Source: a virus
Lineage: Duplodnaviria > Caudoviricetes
Length of the DNA: 64,000 bases
Virus record (IMG/VR): IMGVR_UViG_3300024268_000035
Coordinates: 1 to 64,000 of that record
Direction: 5' to 3' (one strand)
Position numbers and translations under genes: made by a program. Position 1 is the stretch's first letter, and each line of letters starts with the position of its first letter. Positions 9,471-20,900 of the stretch are shown one piece after another. The notes under the pieces are model-generated. The model saw nothing but the letters and a program-made list of their open reading frames with translations. It was not told the DNA's origin and did no database searches.

Positions 9471-9996
9471 CCTTTCGTTCTTCTGGAGGAATCAAAACGA
9501 CTGTGCCGTAATCAGCATGAAAACACGAAATCCGATGCTTTTGGTTCCACTGTTTTGCAAAATTCTCAAATTCCGTATACGCTTCTTTATCAAATGAGAC
9601 ATCTTCGCAATCAAGTTCTTCCTCAATATGAGCCAGAATTTCACTTGGATCAAGTTCCCCGTATTCAATTTGCGTACCATACACATATTCGGGAATCGGA
9701 AAATCGTTATATTCGTAATGTTCAACCAAATCGTCGATACCGTAGAAAAAGCGATCTCCATCATATAACATATGATCCGGGAATTTTTCCTCGTATTCTT
9801 TCAGTGTAAGTTTCTGCGCTTTTTCGTACTGCTCTTTATCTCTGCACGAATCACACTTCAAGATGTACTTTGGGGTTTCACATCCGCATACACTGCAATG
9901 ATATGGAGCGCAGCATTTGTCGGCGGCTTTTTCGTTCAGATATTTCTTACCGCATTTTTCACAGGTGAAAATATCGACTCTTTCTTTTATAGCCAT
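9454..9996 (-). CDS. Cys-rich hypothetical protein
   Basis: CEKC, CSVC, CDSC motifs. Confidence 0.5.
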   Translation of the reverse strand: MAIKERVDIFTCEKCGKKYLNEKAADKCCAPYHCSVCGCETPKYILKCDSCRDKEQYEKAQKLTLKEYEEKFPDHMLYDGDRFFYGIDDLVEHYEYNDFPIPEYVYGTQIEYGELDPSEILAHIEEELDCEDVSFDKEAYTEFENFAKQWNQKHRISCFHADYGTVVLIPPEERKGVQYD

Positions 9997-9998
9997 AT

Positions 9999-10443
9999 TT
10001 ATTTCTCCTTGTCTGGGCGAAAGATTACTACCATACTTGGGAACGGAGCAGAATTCTTTCCATCTCCGAACTTTAATCTTCCACGAATAAATCTAATTTC
10101 CACATTTGGTTTTTGATAGATATAGTCATGAAAATAACTTGTGTCTGTTCGTGCCGGGATCAGCATCACAACAGTTGTATTGGGTTTCTTGGATTCGTCC
10201 GAACACTTTTTCACCCAATCTTTTATCGCTTTACCGTATGGTGGATTACAGAATACGGTCTGCCCCCCCCCAGCACTGTGCAAGTCCATTATCATGTTCC
10301 GTGTAATATGTATCACACTTATGATTCTGGTCATCAGCGCAAGGATCAAGAGTGAAGTGAAATTCGTTATCCAGTGCATCAAAGAAATTCTGGGGTGTTG
10401 CCCAGTTCATTGATTTTGAGGAAAACATTATATCTAAGCTCAT
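9999..10443 (-). CDS. Phage DNA N6-adenine methyltransferase (Dam-like), frameshifted at a G9 tract
   Basis: WATPQ..F..LD.EF.FTLDPCA in one frame; VFCNPPY, MLIPARTDT, GRLKF, APFPS in the next; G8 at 10263-10271 would fuse them. Confidence 0.88.
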
Positions 10444-10649
10444 TTTTGCTCCTTATATGATTCGCGCCATGCGGCGCAATATGGTTCGATATGTCGTGGA
10501 AATTCTAATACTCGCTCACTGTCACGATAACCACACGTCACTTTTACAGTTTTTTTATCTTCTGCAATATGTACTTTATGCAAGCAATTATAACAAGACT
10601 GAGATTTGCTGATACCACACATTCTGCGGTATTTACTCTTATGAGCCAT
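10440..10649 (-). CDS. Small Cys-rich protein preceded by a G9 RBS
   Basis: CYNC...YCAAW; G9 at 10659-10667 lies in the SD position. Confidence 0.5.
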   Translation of the reverse strand: MAHKSKYRRMCGISKSQSCYNCLHKVHIAEDKKTVKVTCGYRDSERVLEFPRHIEPYCAAWRESYKEQK

Positions 10650-10668
10650 TTTAGAAAGCCCCCCCCCT

Positions 10669-11031
10669 CTATGTTATTTGATATCGTTTAATCCTTACAG
10701 CCAGTCCTTTACTTTGGGCTGTTTCGATCATATGTTTCGTTCCAACAGATTTTCCATCCCAAAATGCTACAAGAGCATCTGCATTTTCTGCCATTTTTAC
10801 ATTTCTGATGAATCCGGCTGCTTTACCGTCGATATCCCAGTCAGCAGGGAAGTAGCGGATCTTGTAACCATGTTCTTTTGCATACTGTTCTCCAAGACGG
10901 TCTGCTCCACGTGCCATACCGCAAATAACGACGATTTCATCATTTATGTTTTTCAGGAGATGGTCAAGACTGGCGGCAAGACCATTGTAATTGGTAAAGT
11001 CTCTACCTCCGGCTACGATTACGCGAAACAT
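10669..11031 (-). CDS. SLOG/YspA (DUF2493)-family protein
   Basis: VIVAGGRDF, GMARGAD, AGFIRN..M, AFWDGKSVGT. Confidence 0.85.
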   Translation of the reverse strand: MFRVIVAGGRDFTNYNGLAASLDHLLKNINDEIVVICGMARGADRLGEQYAKEHGYKIRYFPADWDIDGKAAGFIRNVKMAENADALVAFWDGKSVGTKHMIETAQSKGLAVRIKRYQIT

Positions 11032-11801
11032 ATTTCCTCCAATCTTTGTGTGGCGACATCTGCCCATGACATTCCGAAATATTTGCTTTTCTTGTTGTCG
11101 CAATATCCGTTATCCATACCGATATACTGCCTGTTTTCTATCTTTGCAGCAATCAGCGTAGAACCACTTCCGCAGCAGTTATCCAGAACAACAGCTCCGG
11201 GATCTGTGTATGTTCGGATTATGTATCTACATAACTCAATTGGCTTTTCGGTTGAACTGATTGCTACTGAAGGATGCGGTTTTTGGAAAGTCCAAATAGA
11301 AGCTGGATATTTCATTTCGCTTTGGTTATCCATAACTGTATAGGATCCGTAAATACGATTGTTAAGGATATCTTCTGCATTTTCACCTTTGGCTTTCCCT
11401 TTACTATGGCTTGGTAAACCCTTTACCATTTCAGGATGATATACCGGCTGCTTCTTATAGAAGACCATAATATCCTCATGTTCCCGCATCGGCATACGGT
11501 TTGCATTTAAGAATCCGCTTTTCAGCACCTTATTCCAGATGATGTTGTAACGATGGAGTTTTTCATTTGAGAGCATCATTCTGGCAGTGAATTTATCCTG
11601 ACCGAACAGAATAATCGCACCATTCGGTTTTATGATCCGTTCGTACTGTTCCCACAGCTTGTCCGGTGGAATTACCACATCCCATTTTGCTTTGAGTACC
11701 CCGTAGGGGAGGTCACAGAGAATTAGGTCGATAGATTCATCTGCAATCTCCCGCATACCGAGTAAACAATCAATGTTATAGACCTGATTTAATGATATCA
11801 T
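11019..11801 (-). CDS. N4-C/N6-A DNA methyltransferase (beta class)
   Basis: DLILCDLPYG, EKP, VLDNCCGSGST. Confidence 0.9.
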   Translation of the reverse strand: MISLNQVYNIDCLLGMREIADESIDLILCDLPYGVLKAKWDVVIPPDKLWEQYERIIKPNGAIILFGQDKFTARMMLSNEKLHRYNIIWNKVLKSGFLNANRMPMREHEDIMVFYKKQPVYHPEMVKGLPSHSKGKAKGENAEDILNNRIYGSYTVMDNQSEMKYPASIWTFQKPHPSVAISSTEKPIELCRYIIRTYTDPGAVVLDNCCGSGSTLIAAKIENRQYIGMDNGYCDNKKSKYFGMSWADVATQRLEEICFA

Positions 11802-12303
11802 TTATTTCATTTAATACCGATTGCATATCATGTATCAATGATTGTGCATGGTTTAATTCCTCGTAAATTTCTTTTTCAAGATCTTCCTGACTACGGATCT
11901 TACGGAAAAGATCTGTGTCAATAAATGCTGTATGTAAAATCACACTGCCAGCAGCAAGTCCAGTACGTGAACCGAAATATACATTTCCATCTGGAGTCCA
12001 ACACAGTTTCAAACATCCATTTGACAGTGAGCCATTTTGGTGGTCATCTGTGTCATGAACAAAAATTGCACCTGCTGGAACTATACCTTCAAGATCCTTC
12101 TGTAATTCATAATAGTCATAGCGAGCATCCGAAAATGCTCTAATTCCGTCAGACATTCTGCACCTCCGAAGGTAAGGTGTCCTGCCCCATTTCAATAACG
12201 CCCGGAACACTGGTAGATCCGAAACCACCGTTACGAATACCATCTGCGTCATCGTCATATGTAATACCAAAGGGAATGAAGATGCCCTGAACAAAACCGT
12301 CAC
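11776..12303 (-). CDS. Hypothetical protein (true start probably at MSDGIRA)
   Basis: ORF between dut and the methyltransferase. Confidence 0.4.
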   Translation of the reverse strand: MTVLFRASSFPLVLHMTMTQMVFVTVVSDLPVFRALLKWGRTPYLRRCRMSDGIRAFSDARYDYYELQKDLEGIVPAGAIFVHDTDDHQNGSLSNGCLKLCWTPDGNVYFGSRTGLAAGSVILHTAFIDTDLFRKIRSQEDLEKEIYEELNHAQSLIHDMQSVLNEINDIIKSGL

Positions 12304-12721
12304 CTGCCTTGATTGTTACGATCTTATCAGAGTTGGTATCGTTGGTTGCTTTCACGAAAATATGTCCTTCATTATCGGAACCGTAGTAATCGCTGTCGAT
12401 CACTCCCATTGTGTTGTCGAGCTGGAGTCTGTACTTGAATCCAAGACCGCTGCGTGGGAGACAACCGAGCCACCATCCGTTTACGATCTTTACACGAATA
12501 CCGGTAGGGATTTTGATAGAACAGCCGGGACGAAGTACAAAGGGGATTGGGGATTTGAAATCATAACCCGCTGAACCGGATGTGGCTCTTTTGGGAAGCT
12601 GGATATTGTCATAAATTTCACGTACAATACTTTCCGAAAGATCTTTGTATCCGTAAAAATCTTTCATCGCTTCATAAAACTGTTCAAAGCTTACCTTTGA
12701 GAATTCTGCAACTCTGTTCAT
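12149..12721 (-). CDS. dut: dUTPase
   Basis: SAGYD, PRSGLG, GVIDSDY, RNGGFGST. Confidence 0.95.
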   Translation of the reverse strand: MNRVAEFSKVSFEQFYEAMKDFYGYKDLSESIVREIYDNIQLPKRATSGSAGYDFKSPIPFVLRPGCSIKIPTGIRVKIVNGWWLGCLPRSGLGFKYRLQLDNTMGVIDSDYYGSDNEGHIFVKATNDTNSDKIVTIKAGDGFVQGIFIPFGITYDDDADGIRNGGFGSTSVPGVIEMGQDTLPSEVQNV

Positions 12722-13227
12722 GAATTTTCTCCTTCATAAAGAATGATTTTGTTATCAGTTATTGATTTTTGAACATCAATAATCCGTTGATTTTGACTGC
12801 CCTTATAAGCGAGTGTTATGTCGCGCTGTTCCAGCACAAACTCACCATCTACAAGCACATCACATTGTTTCAACAGTTCAGCCATTTCCTCATTTTGTTT
12901 GATTTCTTCATATAGAAATCCTGAGTATATCCAGACAGTAACGCCGACAACCTCAGAACGAAGTTTTTGCACAAACGGGATAAGTTCTTCAGCACTGTAC
13001 ATCGGATCGCCGCCGCTCAATGTCAAACCGGATATAAATGGTGTGTTTTTGATATAGGCAACAATCTTATCCTGTAAGTCCGAAGTGAATGGTTGCCCTG
13101 CTGTGAATGAGTGGGAGGCTGGGTTGTGGCAGCCTTTGCAGTTGTGGAGACAACCGCTTATGAAAACGACAACCCGCACTCCTTCACCATCTGCGATGGA
13201 CTCAAAGTTGATGCCGGATACATTCAA
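12718..13227 (-). CDS. nrdG: Anaerobic ribonucleotide reductase activase
   Basis: DGEGVR, GCLHNCKGCHN, GSQNQR. Confidence 0.95.
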   Translation of the reverse strand: MNVSGINFESIADGEGVRVVVFISGCLHNCKGCHNPASHSFTAGQPFTSDLQDKIVAYIKNTPFISGLTLSGGDPMYSAEELIPFVQKLRSEVVGVTVWIYSGFLYEEIKQNEEMAELLKQCDVLVDGEFVLEQRDITLAYKGSQNQRIIDVQKSITDNKIILYEGENS

Positions 13228-15530
13228 GACTTAATCTCTCCGGTATCGCTTAAAAGATTTGTGTAGTTGCTATGCTTGACACGATCCAAACACTCTTTGA
13301 TTTTTCCAGCATTGAAATTACGATAGTCAGTGGTAAGGTATCCAGTTACACGACGGAGACGCTGGATTTCCGTATTGCCGCACTTTGGACAGTTATAATT
13401 GATCTCACCCTGATATCCGCATTTCAGGCAGGAATCAATCGGGAAGTTGAATGCAAGATATGGGATGTCCAATGACATGGCGTAGTCGATAATATCTTCG
13501 ATTGCCTTTTCATTGTTCATCACAGAGCTTTCCAGTTCAATGTATGTAATGCAGCCACCGGTAGGATACTTACAGAACGGAGCTTCAAGCTCAAGCTTAC
13601 GGTAAATAGATACTTTCTGCCATACGGGAACATGGTGAGAGTTGGTGATATATTCACGGTCTGTTACACGGGGGATTTCGCCGAATTCCTTCTTCAAAGA
13701 CTGAGCAAATGTTTTGCAGAGGTTTTCAGCAGGGGTAGCGTAACAGGAGAAATTCAGGTTATGCTTTTCACTTGCGCTCTTGCAGTATTTATAGATATGT
13801 TCCACAACGCTCAGAGCGAATTTACACACCTCTTCATCTTCAGAGTGATCTTTTCCGAAGAGAGCCTGACACATTTCTGCGATACCGATATATCCAACGG
13901 CAAGAGTACCATGTTTCATTGCTTCATAAATTCCCTTAAAAGATGCTTTATCATAATCTGCTACAGTTCCGTTGCCATACATAAATTTAGCAGAAGCAAC
14001 TGACTGTTTGCAAACATGATAAAATCTATCCACAAGAGAAAGTTCAGTAAGGTAGAGAACTTCATCCAGCTCATCCCAGAATCCATCCAGATCAGGGGTG
14101 TCACGTTCTCCAAGACAGATACCATGTTTGATACCGATCTTGGGAAGATTTATTGTCGTAGGACAAACATTTCCGCGTCCGACTTTGGAATATCCAAGAC
14201 CGTTACGGTCATATCCCATCATGGTACGGCATCCCATTGTTGCCATTTCGGTATCAGGGTTTCCGGGTTCTTCGATGTTCTGAGAGAAGTCGCAGTTTAC
14301 AATATTCGGATAGATTCTCTTACACAGAGACTTGATTGCAAGTTTTTTGATGTCATAGTTGGGATCACCGGGATGTGCGTTCACTCCCTTTTTGTACTTG
14401 AAAATACTGATCGGGAAAATGGGTGTCAGATGATACTGACCGATACCATCAAGGCTTGCGGACATCAGCCAGCGAGATACCAAACGACCACAGGTAGATG
14501 TATCCGTACCAAAATTGATGGAGGTGAAGGGGATCTGTGAACCGGCGCGGCTTTCCAGAGTGTTCAGGTTGTGGTACAGGCTTTGTGCCGCCTGCTTGCC
14601 TTCACACATCATATCGAAATATGCGTGATTGTAGAGAATCTTGTCAAGATTTTCCTTATTATCAAGATGAATATCTTTTTCAGTCAATCCTGCCTTTTTC
14701 AGAACATCAGGTTTAACTCTGTCGATAAATTCATCAACTTCATCGTCCGACATTTCGGAGAAATCTGTATCTGCAAATTCCGGACTTGACTTAATCAATG
14801 CCATAACATATTTTTTGAAAAATGTTTTGGTAACGAACGGAGCAAGGTCATAGTCCAAATGGCAGGATGCAACACCACCATACTGCACTTGGCTCTGAAT
14901 CTGGAAAATAACTGCAATCAACTGACAAGCCGTTGAAAAGCTGTTTGCCGAGCGTACATCACCATTTCTGGTATGGAATCCATTATTCAGAAGCCGTGGA
15001 AGATCTGCAAACAAGCAGTTATGAGAGCCGATATCGTATTCTGAAAGATCATGCAGATAAAGACGGGATTCACGGTGCGCTCTTGCAACCTCAGGGCGAA
15101 TGAACACATTGAGTCCGATGCTTTTATGAATTACATTGGCACTTTCAAACTTTCTGCCGCCGAAGGAATGCTCATCCACATTCGCGTTCTGGTTCTGTAC
15201 ATTGTTACACAGCAGAATGTCTTCGATCTGTTTGTTCAGTATATTATTTCGTTCGCGCTCCTGATTTCTTGCATCACGGTATTTAATGTAGTCTTTTGCC
15301 GTCTTTTTGCAGCGGCTTCCCATCAGACCATCTTCTACCATATCCTGAATCTTCTCCACATCCACAGCTCCGGTAAGCTGGGGAGAGTTTGCAATTTTAC
15401 CTGCGATCCGAACCGCTACGTCTTCATCAACTTCGCCAGCCTGTACCATTGCCTTGGTAATCGCATGAACGATCTTTGCTGAGTCGAACGGTTCGATTCT
15501 ACCGTCACGTTTTCTTACTTCTGTAATCAT
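13224..15530 (-). CDS. nrdD: Anaerobic ribonucleoside-triphosphate reductase with ATP cone
   Basis: VRKRDG ATP cone, TPAENL, TNSHH, CxxC pairs, RRVTGYL. Confidence 0.96.
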   Translation of the reverse strand: MITEVRKRDGRIEPFDSAKIVHAITKAMVQAGEVDEDVAVRIAGKIANSPQLTGAVDVEKIQDMVEDGLMGSRCKKTAKDYIKYRDARNQERERNNILNKQIEDILLCNNVQNQNANVDEHSFGGRKFESANVIHKSIGLNVFIRPEVARAHRESRLYLHDLSEYDIGSHNCLFADLPRLLNNGFHTRNGDVRSANSFSTACQLIAVIFQIQSQVQYGGVASCHLDYDLAPFVTKTFFKKYVMALIKSSPEFADTDFSEMSDDEVDEFIDRVKPDVLKKAGLTEKDIHLDNKENLDKILYNHAYFDMMCEGKQAAQSLYHNLNTLESRAGSQIPFTSINFGTDTSTCGRLVSRWLMSASLDGIGQYHLTPIFPISIFKYKKGVNAHPGDPNYDIKKLAIKSLCKRIYPNIVNCDFSQNIEEPGNPDTEMATMGCRTMMGYDRNGLGYSKVGRGNVCPTTINLPKIGIKHGICLGERDTPDLDGFWDELDEVLYLTELSLVDRFYHVCKQSVASAKFMYGNGTVADYDKASFKGIYEAMKHGTLAVGYIGIAEMCQALFGKDHSEDEEVCKFALSVVEHIYKYCKSASEKHNLNFSCYATPAENLCKTFAQSLKKEFGEIPRVTDREYITNSHHVPVWQKVSIYRKLELEAPFCKYPTGGCITYIELESSVMNNEKAIEDIIDYAMSLDIPYLAFNFPIDSCLKCGYQGEINYNCPKCGNTEIQRLRRVTGYLTTDYRNFNAGKIKECLDRVKHSNYTNLLSDTGEIKS

Positions 15531-16087
15531 TCAATTCCTCCTGTCATTTTTGAGATAATATGATATATTTCGTTCCATGTATTTACACGAATCATTCCAT
15601 TTGATTCCGCATCATAGCTTTGATTGTGATAGCGACTAAACAGCAGCTTTGTACATGACGTTTTCTCAAGATTGTGTACGCCATCATCGATCATGACATC
15701 TCCTTTGATGAGTGACTTATCACTGGCGATAATTACATCTTTCCATTTCAAGAATGGATATGCCCATAACAACCAAGTAATTTTGGGGCTGACAGTATTG
15801 TAGTGAGAAGCAGTAACAATCCTTACTGTGTGACCATCTTCGATTAGGCGTTTTACGATCTTCTGAGCTTCAGGTGTAGGACGAAGTGATTTCCAGAAAT
15901 TTGGGTCATGCAGAGGACTATACACTTCGTTTTGTGTTAAAGCCGGAAAGAAATCTGCTATATTCCATGATGTTATATCTGAAGGAGAAACCGAAGTTGA
16001 ATAAATGCGGTTTAGTTCACTTATCCATGCTTCGGTCAGTTCCTCCAAAACATCATCCATATCAATCAGGATGGTTAGTTTCTTCAT
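15527..16087 (-). CDS. 5'(3')-deoxyribonucleotidase (HAD)
   Basis: IDMDDVL, MIDDGVHN. Confidence 0.88.
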   Translation of the reverse strand: MKKLTILIDMDDVLEELTEAWISELNRIYSTSVSPSDITSWNIADFFPALTQNEVYSPLHDPNFWKSLRPTPEAQKIVKRLIEDGHTVRIVTASHYNTVSPKITWLLWAYPFLKWKDVIIASDKSLIKGDVMIDDGVHNLEKTSCTKLLFSRYHNQSYDAESNGMIRVNTWNEIYHIISKMTGGIE

Positions 16088-16629
16088 ATTGTCCTTCCGC
16101 GTTTATGCCATTCATTGAGCAAGCTTTGAATCTGCTGTTTCAAATTGTTTACCGTACCATCGTTGAGAAGAAAGTGGTCTGGTTCAACAAAATCAAGTGC
16201 GGTTTCAGAAGGATGCTGCTGCTGTTCTTTTGTAAGAGGGCTGATGAAACCATCTCTGCGTACTCTCACATGAATTACATCCAACCCAGCGTCTTTCAGA
16301 TAGTCAATCTCGTTCGGAAATCTTGCATCCGGGATCAAGACGTAATCCCATTCATCATAGAAGAAACGGAGAATATCGGCGATAAATGCAACCCAATAGT
16401 TCGGCTGCTGATTTCGGATTATATCTGTTCCAACACGCTGGAGCAGTGTTCTTCCATATTCATCTTTTATGCCATCCCACCCAAAGAATGTACTGCACAC
16501 ATACTTCACGAGATCTCCGTAATGAGCTACCAGCACAGTTTTATGATTTGCTTCAAGCAGTTCCTTCAGGATTCCTGCTGTGGTATCCTTACCATGCTGT
16601 GCTTTACCAGATATACAGATGATTTTCAC
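16084..16629 (-). CDS. Deoxynucleoside monophosphate kinase
   Basis: GKAQHGKDT, RTLLQRVGT, PDARFPNE, HPSE. Confidence 0.85.
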   Translation of the reverse strand: MKIICISGKAQHGKDTTAGILKELLEANHKTVLVAHYGDLVKYVCSTFFGWDGIKDEYGRTLLQRVGTDIIRNQQPNYWVAFIADILRFFYDEWDYVLIPDARFPNEIDYLKDAGLDVIHVRVRRDGFISPLTKEQQQHPSETALDFVEPDHFLLNDGTVNNLKQQIQSLLNEWHKRGRTI

Positions 16630-16641
16630 GCTTATCTCCGA

Positions 16642-17301
16642 TCAATACTCGATGTCATCGAACAAAACGGGAATGGTTTTCTTGAATTCATCCAGCAGAG
16701 GAATCACAGCCTCTCTCATCTGCGGATGAGCTGCGGTAGCAGTACGGAGCTTGAAGAAATGTCGCCATTCACGCATATTCATGGTGATACAAATTTCGGA
16801 CTTTGTTGAGTTATTTAACACAGATCTTGCAATTTGTGGGGAAGCACCAAGTTCGAGCATTTTGAAATAGTGACGTTCTGCATCAAGGCAAGCATCAACC
16901 CATTCACGGTAGATTTCAGATGCGGTTTCAGCATCAAGTGCAGAAACTTTAGGGTCGAGTTCCATACCGCCCTTTAAGTCGATATAGGTAACTTCACCGC
17001 CGAACTTATCCTGAGCGTAATTGCAATAGCGTGTACTTTCCTGTGCATAGCTTGCAATTCTATGGCGGACAATTTCATGTGTAACGCCACGGTCAACAGT
17101 AAGTTTTACTGTAATATTAAAGTGTTCGATCACTGCTTCGTGACCACGTTTCACGATACCTGAAACGAAATTTACACACGAATCATCAGTGATTCTATCC
17201 TCGCTCTTATAGCACGTTCTTCCCACTTCTTCAATGAGTTTCAAAATATGCTCAGAATCGATAGGGGTAAGAATCTGATATGTAGGTTTCAAATGTATCA
17301 T
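16642..17301 (-). CDS. thyX: Flavin-dependent thymidylate synthase
   Basis: HEIVRHRIASYAQESTRY, AHPQMR. Confidence 0.95.
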   Translation of the reverse strand: MIHLKPTYQILTPIDSEHILKLIEEVGRTCYKSEDRITDDSCVNFVSGIVKRGHEAVIEHFNITVKLTVDRGVTHEIVRHRIASYAQESTRYCNYAQDKFGGEVTYIDLKGGMELDPKVSALDAETASEIYREWVDACLDAERHYFKMLELGASPQIARSVLNNSTKSEICITMNMREWRHFFKLRTATAAHPQMREAVIPLLDEFKKTIPVLFDDIEY

Positions 17302-17322
17302 TGTTCCTCCGGGAATGTTTAG

Positions 17323-17925
17323 TTAATTGCTAAGGTAACAAAAATAAGTGGTAGTATTCAAAATCTCATCGTAGTATTGGCAATGAATACCGGAACCGAG
17401 CTGGAAAGTTGCCTGAAACACCACATTAGCAGGAAGAAGACTTCCGTACTCCAAAAGCTTTTTCGCATTGGCAATAGTACGTTCATCCGGAATGTTATCG
17501 ATGGCACCATTCCATGTTGGAGAATACTGACCTTCCTGATAGATAACATCATATAAAGTATCCGGGAACAATTCATGAGCCATACGATTTAGAACTACGC
17601 TTCCGACATAAAGCTGAACTTCATCCGGAATCCATGCGGAGCCTGCTTCTGCAGTTATAAGACGAGCAAACAAATCAAGGTCTTCATCGGTATATGGAAT
17701 TGCCGGGATGTGTTCTTCTGCGATGATAGGTTGGGATTCACAAGTTTGGATTACGCAGGTTGTTTCTGGAATTCTTGCACATTCTGACGACGGAAAGTCT
17801 GGTGTCAATGTCTTAGAGTCAATCTGGGATTCTGCTGAGGATGCGATAACACAGTTTGTCATAAAGACCAGTGAAAATACAAGGATGAGTATGCACACAA
17901 CACTGTTTTTGTGAATGCACTTCAT
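17323..17925 (-). CDS. SleB-like cell-wall hydrolase with signal peptide
   Basis: ARLITAEAG, VVLNR, FPDTLYDVIYQ.GQY. Confidence 0.85.
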   Translation of the reverse strand: MKCIHKNSVVCILILVFSLVFMTNCVIASSAESQIDSKTLTPDFPSSECARIPETTCVIQTCESQPIIAEEHIPAIPYTDEDLDLFARLITAEAGSAWIPDEVQLYVGSVVLNRMAHELFPDTLYDVIYQEGQYSPTWNGAIDNIPDERTIANAKKLLEYGSLLPANVVFQATFQLGSGIHCQYYDEILNTTTYFCYLSN

Positions 17926-17946
17926 TTTTTTTGTTATCCTTTCGTT

Positions 17947-20900
17947 TTATCCGATTTTTTCATAGTCAAGCAGATACCAATATCCGCTTCTGTTTTTTTC
18001 AAGCTCTTTTGCCATTATGATGTCAAACCTGCGAATAGGGTTTTTATCGAACAGATTGGCACGGATTGTGAGACGAGCTGTTTTTCCGCTGCCGATGGAT
18101 CTGGTTTGAATTGCGTATCCCCACACCGTTCCTTTATCTTTGCTGTTCATAGGATACACGTCGCTTATCAGCAATTTCCGTCTGTCATCCGGATCGTTTG
18201 TTGTAAGGTCAATGTATCCCATTAGTTCAAGCTGAGACTGGATTTTACATTTCAAATCAAGGTCTGGCAGATTCAGAGCTTTAATTGTTGCTTCGCATTC
18301 AAGCAGCAATCCATCCATATCTGTGATGGTAAACGATTTGGCTTCAGAGCCATCCTTGTTTTTATCGGTTGAATACAGACTTACAAGATCATATATTAAA
18401 CCATCCAGCTTACTCTTCGGAATCTTTTTGGCGGTTCCATCCTTAAAGTAGTTGAACATAGCGATAATGCGGGAAAGTTCTGGGATGTTGCCGAAATCCA
18501 TAAAATAGTCAATCTTGACCAGAATATCACGCTGTCTGGTATCGAGACTGGTTTCAGCAGACATGAGTTTCAACAGTTCCATAAAGCTTTGCGGCTTATA
18601 GGTTTTTGATATACGGTAAAGTTCATTTGCCACATCTTTGTTCAGGTACTTGATGGATTCAATTCCTTTGGCAATAACTCCACGCTCCGCATCGTACACA
18701 TATTTATCCTTCGATAAACCGTAACGGGGAGGAACGATCTGAATACCATACAGTTCAGCGAGTGCGCTTCCATTTTTGATATCATCTTCGTTATTGGCGT
18801 TATTCAGATATGCGGTGATGAACTCAGCAGGGTAATAGTAGCGGAGATATGCACAGAGATAACCGATCATGCAGTACCCAATGGAATGGTTATAACCGAA
18901 CTGATAGTTCGAGCTGTCTTCAATGATCTGGATAAACTCTTTTGCCTCTTTCTCTGCGACATCTCGTGGTTGAGACGATTTAGAACAATATCCCTCTAAG
19001 ATTGATGGAAGGGCTTTGTCCAAACGATCTTTCTGTTTACGTCCGATAGCACGACGAACATTATCTGCTTCACTACCACTCAGACCGCAGATTTGCTGTA
19101 AGAATTTGATGGTGTCCTCCTGATAAATCAGGTATCCAAGATTATCTTTCAACAGATCATCAATGATGGGAGATGGATTTGTATGTGGCTTTCTTTGTAG
19201 TAGTTCGTCACGATATGATGCACCAGAAGGGCGGATGCAGGCAGTGACCAGAGACATATCATATATACTGTGTGTTTTGAATTTTCGTAAGCTATCGAAT
19301 GCGAACGCGGACTCAAACTGAAAGATTCCGATAGGAGAACGGAGCATATCTTTCCAGACAGCATCATCGTCCCAGTCAATTTCGTGTGACTTTGGATATG
19401 GTTTACCGATCAGAGCATATGTATCTTTGATGATTTCGATGTTTTTCAGCCCAAGGATATCGTATTTTACAAGCCCAGCTTCATGGACACAATCCATATC
19501 GATCTGAAGGATTTCTTTTCCTTCAGAAATAAAGGTTCCGTAATTGTTACGAAGTGTCAGCGGACTTGCAACGATTCCGGCGGGGTGCATAGACTGAGAG
19601 ATTGCAACATCAAGCAGACCTTCAAAGTAGTAGAAGACATCGGGATATTTTGCAGCCAGTGCTTTATATCCATCGTGATTCAGAAGGAAATCACGATACT
19701 TCTGTGTGCCGGGATTTCCGGCTTCCTTTGCCTGTTCTGCAATGGGACTCAGTTCGTCTTTGATGGTAACAGCGATCTTTCCGACCCACGGATTCTTGGC
19801 AAAAATCGCTTCATTCTCAGCCTTGATACGGTCATATTCGTCTGAGAGACGCTTAATAAGTTCTGCGCGTGGCGATCCACTCATTGAAGATGGAAAGAGC
19901 AGCTTATTGGTTTTCTTATCCCAATAGTATGTAGCGCAGTTATCTCGTGCGTCCCCATAAGTGACTTCAACATCCAATTCTTTCAGAGCTTTCAAGATTT
20001 CTTTCAAGTCTTTCAGATCGTGTTGATGTTCTTTGTTCCAACGTACACCAAGCGCACGACATATTTCATCGATACAGCCTTTGGATTTGATCGTACCAAT
20101 TGCAAGGATAAACGCTGTATTCTCCTGACCGAAACGGTTGATAATGTATTCATACACTTTATCTCGGTCAGAGGGGGAAACGTCGATATCAATATCACCG
20201 ATTTCCTTACGGTCTTCGTTGCAGAATCGGCTGAATACTGTATGCCATGTTTCTGGATTCAGGTCGGTGGTGTTTGTAACATATGCTACACGAGAGCCGC
20301 CGCAAGATCCACGGTTGAATCCAATAGGAATTCCATTGGATTTGCACCATGTTACAAGCTCTGACATAAAGAGCATAAAACCGGACATTTCGATCTTATC
20401 GAATACACGACACTCTTCCTGAATTGCCGATGCAAAATTGGGAATCTGATCCTGTGTTATTGCCCCATCATTGATTTTGGCAAGGAGGTTATTCTTGATC
20501 GTTTCTTCAAAAACTTCCTTATCCCTTGCACCATACAACTTTGGGTATTTGAAACTCATATCAAGCTTGAAATCTTCCACCGAATCAGCCATGCGATTAG
20601 TGTTTTCAATAGCTTCCAGATAAATTTTCGACGGCAGCGCACCCTGTTTCTCGAACATCTGAACAAGCTCTTCGTATGATTTATAAGTCAAATCAAAGCT
20701 GTCTTCATCCTCGAATTCGATATGCTTTGCAAGCTGCATTACGCTTCTGCATTCTGCCTTATAGCCATCCAAGCTATGTGTATCTGTTCCGGCAATCAGC
20801 GGGATTCCATATTTCTGTGACATTTCTGCTAAATGGCAGTTGTACGAAATTTGTTCAGCATGGAAATGGGGCTGGATTTCAAGGTAGTCGTAGTGCGTCA

